NCBI GenBank assembly: GCA_000997475.1
Contig: LCEC01000001.1
Coordinates: 375-64,374 of the forward strand
DNA length: 64,000 bases
Origin: Parcubacteria group bacterium GW2011_GWB1_42_6
GTDB taxonomy: Bacteria; Patescibacteriota; Minisyncoccia; Portnoybacterales; GWB1-42-6
Direction of reading: 5' to 3'
Shown here: one piece after another, positions 39,920-46,937 of the stretch
Position numbering within the stretch: position 1 is the stretch's first letter
Layout of the letters: each line of letters starts with the position of its first letter
Notes under the pieces: model-generated
What the model was told of the DNA's origin: nothing
The model's database searches: none
Seen by the model: the letters and a program-made list of their open reading frames with translations, nothing else
Program-made: the position numbers and the translations under genes

Positions 39920-41089
39920 ATGTTGGGGACTTTATTTAGCCTTTACATAAAAGCGATTGTTTTGGTGCTGGATTTGGGCTGGATTTGGATGCCTTTTTTT
40001 CTGGCCGTCGCTTTTTTTGAAAGCTGGATGTATTATATCCGGCGCCGCTATTGGCGAAATCTCAAATGGATAATTTTGGAAGTAAAGCCTCCCAAAGAAG
40101 TTGACCACACCCCCAAAAATATGGAGTTGATTTTCGCCGGACTTTGGGGGTCTTTTGGCACCGTGGGAAACAAACTGGAAAAATACATCAAAGGATTTAT
40201 GCAAGATTATTTCAGTTTTGAAATAGTGGGTTTTAACGGAGAAGTTCATTTTTATTTGAGAGTTTTGGAAAAATTCCGCGATTTGGTCGAGGCGCAGTTT
40301 TATTCGCAATTTCCCCGGGCCGAGATTCGGGAAGTTCCCGATTATGTTTATTCAGTGCCGGCCACCATTCCCGACAAAAACTGGAATCTTTGGGGTTGCC
40401 TTTTGAGCTTGGCCAAAAGCGATGTTTATCCCATCAGGATGCATGGAGATTTTATGGATGAAGGAGAAAGGCCGTATCTTGACCCTTTGTCTTCGGTGGT
40501 TGAAATAATGGGAAAACTGAAGCCAAGCGAACAAGTTTGGATCCAAATGCTTTTTCGGCCGATAAAAGACGATTGGACGAAAAGGAGCGATAAGGAAATT
40601 GATAAGCTGATGGAAAGAAAAGTGGATCCGAAAACAAAAGACACGATCAGTTCCCGATCTTTGCTTTCTCTCTCTCCTTCAACCAAAGAAGCGGTGGAAG
40701 GCATTTCCAAAAAAGGGGACAAAAAAGGATTTCAAACGAAAATCCAATGGGCGTATATCGGCCGCAAGGAAATATTCACTATGGCCAATGTTTCGGCCGT
40801 TATGGGCGCTTTTAACCAATACAGCAATCTTAACGCCAACAGCCTTGTTCCGGACAAAAAGACGATGACTCGCGCCAATTATCTTTTCGCCAAAGTCCGC
40901 AAGGCCTACAAACAGAGAATTTTGATGAGGCTTTTGAGGCAAAGATCGTTTTGGGAAAAAGGTTATGTTTTTAATATCGAGGAATTGGCCACTTTCTACC
41001 ATATGCCCACCGCCATGGTTTCGGCTCCTTCGGTTTCGTTTGTGGAAGCCATCAAAGGCGGCCCGCCGGGAGAACTGCCGCTGGAATAA
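39920..41089 (+). CDS. Conserved hypothetical membrane-anchored protein upstream of VirD4-like ATPase
   Basis: N-terminal TM, FSFEI, YPIR, EELATFYH.P, PPGELP C-terminus. Confidence 0.75.
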   Translation: MLGTLFSLYIKAIVLVLDLGWIWMPFFLAVAFFESWMYYIRRRYWRNLKWIILEVKPPKEVDHTPKNMELIFAGLWGSFGTVGNKLEKYIKGFMQDYFSFEIVGFNGEVHFYLRVLEKFRDLVEAQFYSQFPRAEIREVPDYVYSVPATIPDKNWNLWGCLLSLAKSDVYPIRMHGDFMDEGERPYLDPLSSVVEIMGKLKPSEQVWIQMLFRPIKDDWTKRSDKEIDKLMERKVDPKTKDTISSRSLLSLSPSTKEAVEGISKKGDKKGFQTKIQWAYIGRKEIFTMANVSAVMGAFNQYSNLNANSLVPDKKTMTRANYLFAKVRKAYKQRILMRLLRQRSFWEKGYVFNIEELATFYHMPTAMVSAPSVSFVEAIKGGPPGELPLE

Positions 41090-41096
41090 CTATATA

Positions 41097-41204
41097 ATGC
41101 GAACCTACGAACTTAATGCTAACTATGCGAACTGCGAAATCTGTTAAACCGGATTTATTTTCGCAGTTCGTAGGTTGGCATTAGATTCGCATATTTCGCA
41201 TCAT
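41097..41204. repeat. GCGAA/TTCGC short-repeat palindromic element
   Basis: atgcgaa...tacgaac...tgcgaa arms versus ttcgca...ttcgta...ttcgcat. Confidence 0.65.
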
Positions 41205-41210
41205 AATTTT

Positions 41211-43043
41211 ATGGAAAACAGTAATATCACTCTCTTTGGCGAAACCGATTTCCGCAATCAAAAGCGGCGTTTTGGCATAAAAGAAGACGATCGCCGCCGC
41301 CATATGTATATCATCGGAAAAACCGGCACCGGCAAAACCACGCTTTTGGAAAATATGGCGATCCAGGACATTCAAAACGGCCATGGCATCGCCATTGTGG
41401 ACCCGCACGGCGAATTTGCGGAGAAGATGCTGGATTTTGTGCCTTCAAGCCGCATTAACGACGTGATCTATTTTAATCCCGCCGATTTGGATTTTCCGAT
41501 CGCTTTTAACGCCATCGAAACGGTGGATGCCGAACACAGGCACTTGGTGGCTTCGGGATTGGTGGGTGTCTTTAAAAAAATCTGGGCCGAAACTTGGGGG
41601 CCCCGCTTAGAGTATTTGCTGCGCAACGCCATTTTGGCTCTTTTGGAATATCCGGGAGCGACTCTCTTGGGAGTTATGCGGCTTTTGGTGGATAAGACAT
41701 ATCGCCAAAAAGTGATGGATAAAGTCACGGATCCCGTGGTTAAGAGTTTCTGGGTGGATGAATTTTCCAAATACAAAGGCAATTTTGAAGTTGAGGCAAT
41801 TGCTCCAATCCAAAACAAAGTCGGGCAATTTTTAACCAATCCTTTGATTCGTAATATTGTGGGTCAAACGAAGTCGTCAATCAATATCCGAGAGATTATG
41901 GATTCGGAGAAAATTTTTATTATGAATCTTTCCAAAGGGAAGATAGGTGAAGATACTTCCAATCTTTTGGGCGCGATGCTGATCACTCGTTTGCAATTGG
42001 CGGCTATGAGCCGCGTGGATATTCCCGAAGACGAAAGAAAGGATTTCTATCTTTATGTCGACGAATTCCAAAACTTCGCCACCGAATCTTTCGCCAATAT
42101 TCTTTCGGAGGCCAGAAAATATCATCTGAGCCTAGTCTTGGCGCATCAATATATCGCCCAAGTCCGCGAAGAAGTGCGCGACGCGGTTTTTGGCAACGTG
42201 GGGACGATGGTTTCTTTCCGCGTGGGAGCGGCCGATGCGGATTTCCTGGAAAAAGAATTCGAGCCCGAATTTACCGTTAACGACATGGTGGGTTTGGGAT
42301 TTGCCCAAATTTATTTAAAATTGATGATCGACGGTTTCTCTTCCCGGCCTTTTTCCGCCAGGACACTTGCGCCGATTCGATCAACCGAATCGAGCAGCAA
42401 AGAAAAAATTGTCAGAGTTTCGAGAGAACGCTATGGCCGTTCCCGCCAGGAAATTGAAGATAAGATTATGCGCTGGAGCGGACTTCTTGGCGGTGAGAAC
42501 GAAGGAGGATCAGCTCATGATTCAATCGGCGGATCGGAAAGAAGCAGCCATGGCGATCCAAATGTTCCGATGTTTAAGGATAAATGTTCCGAATGCGGCA
42601 AGGAAGTGGAAGTGCCTTTTAAGCCGGACGGGGTGCGGCCGGTTTATTGCAAGGATTGTTTGATTAAAACCAGGGAAAAAGGCGCTTCGCCGGGGACTCA
42701 AAAACCGGCTGAAAATTTCGCGCCGCAAAAACACAATAACTTTCCGCAGGATTTTAAAAACGGATCGGAGCCCGTGCTCAAAAGGGTGGGTGAGACGGTT
42801 TCATTAAGAGACGCGTTTAAAACCGGACCGGTTTTCTGTCCGCCCGCGCCAAAAAGACAACACAAGGAAGTTGACTTGCGGGATTTGAGGGAAACGCTCA
42901 AGGAAATAACCGAGGGGCAAAATAGACCTCCGCAAGAACCCGAAATAAAAGAAAAGCCGCATTCTTTCCATGAAGAAAAAAAGCAAGATTCTCCCGTTTT
43001 GCCGAAGAACGAATTGAATCCCGGCGAATCGGTGGATCTCTGA
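41211..43043 (+). CDS. VirD4/TraD/HerA-like ATPase with CxxC-x17-CxxC zinc domain
   Basis: Walker A GKTGTGKT, DPHGE, Walker B LYVDEFQ, EARKY, CSECG...PVYCKDC. Confidence 0.88.
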   Translation: MENSNITLFGETDFRNQKRRFGIKEDDRRRHMYIIGKTGTGKTTLLENMAIQDIQNGHGIAIVDPHGEFAEKMLDFVPSSRINDVIYFNPADLDFPIAFNAIETVDAEHRHLVASGLVGVFKKIWAETWGPRLEYLLRNAILALLEYPGATLLGVMRLLVDKTYRQKVMDKVTDPVVKSFWVDEFSKYKGNFEVEAIAPIQNKVGQFLTNPLIRNIVGQTKSSINIREIMDSEKIFIMNLSKGKIGEDTSNLLGAMLITRLQLAAMSRVDIPEDERKDFYLYVDEFQNFATESFANILSEARKYHLSLVLAHQYIAQVREEVRDAVFGNVGTMVSFRVGAADADFLEKEFEPEFTVNDMVGLGFAQIYLKLMIDGFSSRPFSARTLAPIRSTESSSKEKIVRVSRERYGRSRQEIEDKIMRWSGLLGGENEGGSAHDSIGGSERSSHGDPNVPMFKDKCSECGKEVEVPFKPDGVRPVYCKDCLIKTREKGASPGTQKPAENFAPQKHNNFPQDFKNGSEPVLKRVGETVSLRDAFKTGPVFCPPAPKRQHKEVDLRDLRETLKEITEGQNRPPQEPEIKEKPHSFHEEKKQDSPVLPKNELNPGESVDL

Positions 43044-43079
43044 CAAAAAAACCTCCGTTTTTAGCGGAGGTTTTTTTGT
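43043..43079. terminator. Bidirectional terminator
   Basis: AAAAAAACCTCCG-loop-CGGAGGTTTTTTT between convergent genes. Confidence 0.85.
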
Positions 43080-43085
43080 TTTTGA

Positions 43086-43652
43086 TTATTTATTAGCTCT
43101 TTCCGTGTATTCTCCGGTTTGCGTGTTGATCCGGATAACATCTCCTTCTTCAATAAACAGCGGAGCGTTAATCATGGCGCCGGTTTCGATTTTCACGGCT
43201 TTGTTGCCGCCTTGGGCGGTGTTGCCTTTGATAGAAGGAGGAGCTTCGATCACTTTAAATTCCATTTTGATCGGCAAATCGATATTGATAATCTTGCTTT
43301 CAAACATCACGACTTCCACGGAGGAATCGGGTTTGAGGAATCTTTTTTGTTCGCCGATGCTTTCTTCGGGCAATTCAAATCGGACGGACGGATTTTCCAT
43401 TTCGCAAAAAACGAATTTGTCGCGATGGTTGTATAGAAATTTGACTTTTTTGTAATCGATTTCGGCTTCCTTAAAATTGTCGGAATTTTGGAAATTGCGG
43501 TTGAGTACTTTGCCGGTGATGAGATTTTTTATTTTGGTCTGGGCGACCGGCTTGCGCTGCTGCATTCTTAAAAAATCAAATTCCAGCACCTCATAGGGCT
43601 GGCCGTCCAAAATAAAAAGAGTTCCGGGTTTGAGTTCGTTGTAGCTGATCAT
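43086..43652 (-). CDS. efp: Elongation factor P
   Basis: ELKPG, KGNTAQGGNK, ETGA....PLFIEEGD.IRINT.TGEY..R; ATG 43652. Confidence 0.93.
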   Translation of the reverse strand: MISYNELKPGTLFILDGQPYEVLEFDFLRMQQRKPVAQTKIKNLITGKVLNRNFQNSDNFKEAEIDYKKVKFLYNHRDKFVFCEMENPSVRFELPEESIGEQKRFLKPDSSVEVVMFESKIINIDLPIKMEFKVIEAPPSIKGNTAQGGNKAVKIETGAMINAPLFIEEGDVIRINTQTGEYTERANK

Positions 43653-43718
43653 GAGTTTGCGCTCCCCCTCTTCCTTGCGCGCTTCATATTTATAGCATAG
43701 AATGAGGTAAATTACAAA

Positions 43719-43868
43719 CCCCCGCACCTAATCGGCATAATTGAATTCTCTTTCTTCTCTGTCATCCCCGCGCAGGCGGGGATCCAGATTAATTCAGAAC
43801 CTGGATTCCCCCCGTAGCTGCGGGGCGGGAATGACAAATATAAAGCCAATGCCGATTAGGTGCGGGGG
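43719..43868. mobile_element. MITE-like element with 20-bp perfect terminal inverted repeats containing a nested dRS3-like palindrome
   Basis: CCCCCGCACCTAATCGGCAT ... ATGCCGATTAGGTGCGGGGG; nested TGTCATCCCCGCGCAGGCGGGGATCCAG...GGAATGACA at 43760-43836. Confidence 0.75.
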
Positions 43869-43876
43869 CAAATCTC

Positions 43877-44959
43877 ATGAATAAGCCCGTCAAAAAAGTC
43901 ATTATCGCGATGTCGGGAGGAGTGGATTCCTCCGTTTCGGCCGCCTTGCTCAAAAAGCAAGGTTTTGAGGTTGAAGGGGTTTTTATGAAATTTTGGTCGG
44001 AACCGGAATCGAAAGACCCCGAATCGGTTTGCCGGCAAAATTTATGCTGTTCCAAAGAGGCTGAAGAAGCGGCGCGGCAAGTGGCCGAGAAACTGGGCAT
44101 CCCGTTTAAGGTTTTGGATTTCAGCCGCGAATTCAAAAAAGAAGTGGTTGATTATTTTTTGGCCGAACAGAAAAAAGGCCGCACGCCCAATCCTTGCGTC
44201 GTTTGCAATAAGAAAATAAAGTTCGGCCTGCTCTTTGATTACGCGCAAAAAATGAAAGCCGACTTTTTGGCTTCGGGCCATTATGTGGATAAGATTAAAT
44301 CAAAAGGCGTTTTTAAAATTAAAAAAGCCAAAGACCAATCCAAAGATCAGACCTATTTCCTTTACCGCTTGAATCAAAAACAATTAAGCAAATTGATTTT
44401 TCCGGCCGGAGATATCTTGAAAGAAGATATTTATAAAATTGCCAAGAAACTAAAACTGCCTTATTGGCGCGCCGAAAGCTTTGATTTGTGTTTTGCCCGC
44501 TCCGGCGCCGAAAGCTTCGTCAAAAAATATTTAAAGCTGGTTCCGGGAGAAATCAGGAATCTTGATGGCGAAATTTTGGGCCGCCACGAAGGTTTGGCGA
44601 TTTATACGATCGGCCAGCGCAAAAGAATTCCCGTTGCCCAAGGGCCTTGGCGGGTGGTTAAAAAAGATGAGAGAAAAAATATTCTTTTTGTGAGCAACGA
44701 TGAAAAAGATTTGTATTCAAGCGAGCTTAAAATGGCGCGGGTGAATTGGACAAGCGGCCAAGCTCCGGAATTTCCTTTGCGGGCGGACGTAAAGATTCGT
44801 TATAAAAGCAAGCCGGCGCGGGCAATGATTGAACCGATTGATAAATCGGCCAAAAAATTAAAGGTAAAATTTTCAAAACCGCAGTTTGCCGCGACTCCCG
44901 GGCAATCGGCAGTTTTTTATAAAGGCAAGGAATTGTTGGGCGGGGGAGTCATCGAATAG
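43877..44959 (+). CDS. mnmA: tRNA-specific 2-thiouridylase
   Basis: SGGVDS, TPNPCVVCN, KDQTYFL, YTIGQR, TPGQSAVFY. Confidence 0.96.
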   Translation: MNKPVKKVIIAMSGGVDSSVSAALLKKQGFEVEGVFMKFWSEPESKDPESVCRQNLCCSKEAEEAARQVAEKLGIPFKVLDFSREFKKEVVDYFLAEQKKGRTPNPCVVCNKKIKFGLLFDYAQKMKADFLASGHYVDKIKSKGVFKIKKAKDQSKDQTYFLYRLNQKQLSKLIFPAGDILKEDIYKIAKKLKLPYWRAESFDLCFARSGAESFVKKYLKLVPGEIRNLDGEILGRHEGLAIYTIGQRKRIPVAQGPWRVVKKDERKNILFVSNDEKDLYSSELKMARVNWTSGQAPEFPLRADVKIRYKSKPARAMIEPIDKSAKKLKVKFSKPQFAATPGQSAVFYKGKELLGGGVIE

Positions 44960-45032
44960 CGAATCGCTAATAGCTGATCGCGAATCGGAAAGAAAAAATC
45001 AAAATCGCGAATTTAAAATAATCCAGGCAAAG

Positions 45033-45292
45033 AAAAAAGCCTCCAAATTTTTGGGGCTTTTTAAAATAATCGCGGGAAGGCCGGGGCCCAAAGCGTAATT
45101 TCGGAAATACCCGATTTTGACAGCTAAGCCGCTGTCTTGTCAGCCAATCCGTAACGGAAAGGCAAGCTTTGGGGATTGGGTTTGTGCCGTCCACGGTTTA
45201 TGTTTTTACTCGCTCTATTTTTGGATAGAGTCTCCGGTTGCTTCCCGCGACAGGAAGAACTTTCTTGCATCATGCCTCTGGCAAGGAATGAT
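45033..45292 (-). ncRNA. Putative structured ncRNA A (~260 nt, unknown family)
   Basis: Minus-strand TTGACA-17-TAATAT (45327-45299), terminator 45033-45062; stems 45070-79/45241-50 and 45087-94/45166-73. Confidence 0.55.
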
Positions 45293-45328
45293 TTTTTGAT
45301 ATTAGCAAAATAATTTTTATTTGTCAAT

Positions 45329-45547
45329 AAAAAAAACAAGGCTCTCGTTTTGTGAGAGCCTTGGTGCAGAAAGAAGTTTGTCTGGAAAAATTGCTTGCTC
45401 TGACGCATATAATGGGAGGGATAAGGAAAAAGAGAAATAATGAAGATAAGCGCTGATGAATCAGACAAACTCCTTTTTATAAAGAACTGATTGAAAGGGA
45501 AATCGGTATGGAACCGGGAAATTAAGGCTGCGCTCTTTCCCTTTCAA
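45329..45547 (-). ncRNA. Putative structured ncRNA B (~220 nt, unknown family)
   Basis: Minus-strand TTTACA-16-TAAAAT, terminator 45329-45363 with U8; stems 45490-45502/45536-45548 and 45370-84/45462-76. Confidence 0.55.
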
Positions 45548-45584
45548 TTATATTTTATGCTTTTTTAAAATTTTGTAAATAGAA

Positions 45585-45593
45585 TTATCCACA
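45585..45593 (+). promoter_or_regulatory. DnaA box between divergent promoters
   Basis: Perfect TTATCCACA. Confidence 0.5.
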
Positions 45594-45653
45594 GGCAATA
45601 TTCTTTTGCGAATTTTTTTTAAAATATAATTATTATAAATATTTTGCCATCTC

Positions 45654-45682
45654 TTGACAAGGTGATCAATAGGGAGTATACT
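45654..45682 (+). promoter_or_regulatory. Near-consensus sigma70 promoter for ncRNA C
   Basis: TTGACA-17-TATACT. Confidence 0.8.
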
Positions 45683-45688
45683 GGAACC

Positions 45689-46270
45689 ATAGGCTAAGGA
45701 TGGAGTCTGAATTTAACCGAAAAGGGCTTGTTTGAGCCAACGGCAGACCCCCTAGCTCGCACATTTATATAAAAATATCAATTAGATCTTCGCCCCGCCT
45801 GCCGGCCGAACCCATCAATTTTATTTAGATGGCTGCGCGACCAGGCATGTGTGGCGAATTCGGGTTTCTTTTTTCGGACAGGTTGCGGGACAGGCATCCC
45901 TTTTAATGACAGCATTGCGATCGTCATTATTACTGACCGAAAATGAACCCGGAAAAATTGGAAGAGGAGAGGAATCCCGCCCGCAGACCTCGCCCCGATG
46001 AAAATATCATCGACGATCCGTCATTGGACGCCCCTCTCCCTTCCGCCTAAAAAGTCCCCGTCATTTTCGTAAGTAAGGGTTGCCGTACCCGATAAGAGTT
46101 TTATTGAAAGAAGCAAAAACCCTCTTATCGGTAAAATAGCAACACCGTTTCAAAATCAGCGACGACGGGGCAAAAAAGAGGAGCCAGTGGATTAAATACC
46201 CATTGGCTCCTCGGAATTATTGTTTCTTAAGACACCGAAGCCCCCCAAAAACACGAGGGGCTTCTTTTTT
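45689..46270 (+). ncRNA. Putative large structured ncRNA C (~580 nt, unknown family)
   Basis: Promoter above; about six consecutive stem domains with G-U pairs on +; terminator GAAGCCCC/GGGGCTTC + T6 at 46237-46270. Confidence 0.6.
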
Positions 46271-46354
46271 ATCTTTTATGATTTTAAAAACGACGCAATC
46301 CATCACACTCAAGAGTAAAACAGGTTGTGCTCTGATTATTTATTATTGCGGAAC

Positions 46355-46716
46355 AAAATAAAAAGAGCGCTTCGTTTGAAAGCGCCCTCATTTTGATGCA
46401 GGCGAGAAAAAATTTTATCTAAGAATTCTCGAGTTCTCTCAGATATTTTTTCCTCGTCGGGAATTATCGTGTTAGACGACCGCCTTGTTTTCGCATTAGC
46501 GAATGTTTCGAGTTCTTAAGCTCGATCTTTTTAGGCGTTGATAACACTAACTCCCTTTATAACTTTTGGAAAATTTGGATTACCCGTCCTTCCCTTTTGG
46601 ACTTGGGAAGAGTTGGGGTGATGCTCGACTCATACTGCCTCCGTGGAATGGAGTTTTCTTGAGTGAGCGGAAGGTACTGACCGATCGAAAGCCGATAAAA
46701 ACAGCCTTCGATCATA
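46355..46716 (-). ncRNA. Putative structured ncRNA D (~360 nt, unknown family)
   Basis: Minus-strand TTGACA (46750-45) with TATAAT/TAATCT -10; terminator 46355-46387; several stems with G-U pairs on -. Confidence 0.55.
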
Positions 46717-46769
46717 TATAGAGATTATAAAATAACGATGAGCTTGTCAAGTCTTTTCAATTTTACACA

Positions 46770-46882
46770 CACCTAGTCAGGATATTTGAATTTAATTTGG
46801 ATAATAAACAAGTTTACTCCCAATGGCTTGTTTGTCTTCGAAGGATTCTTTGAATAAAAAACAATCCTGATTAGGCGCGGGG
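46770..46882. mobile_element. MITE-like element, near-identical inverted copy at 49531-49647
   Basis: CACCTAGTCAGGAT...ATCCTGATTAGGCGCGGGG termini; interior is the reverse complement of the second copy. Confidence 0.8.
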
Positions 46883-46937
46883 GCAAGGGAAAAGAAATCC
46901 GATTGAACTTTTGAATTTGCCGTGCTAAGATTTTTAT

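Noticed and set aside
45124-45468. 114-aa minus-strand ORF and other short ORFs at 44886-45299
   Set aside because: It runs through a terminator and a promoter, its SD abuts the TTG and is buried in a stem, and the product has no recognisable features.
45560-45650. Replication origin (DnaA box plus AT-rich stretch)
   Set aside because: Only one perfect box and no dnaA/dnaN nearby; better read as a promoter-associated site.
45033-46750. RNase P RNA, tmRNA, SRP RNA, 6S RNA or tRNA in the ORF-free island
   Set aside because: No GAGGAAAGUCC/P4 partner, no tRNA-like ends with T-loop and CCA, no SRP loop motif. GAGAGGAATCCC (45967) and GGGGTGATG (46615) are only superficial matches. A divergent 6S RNA cannot be fully excluded without a covariance search.
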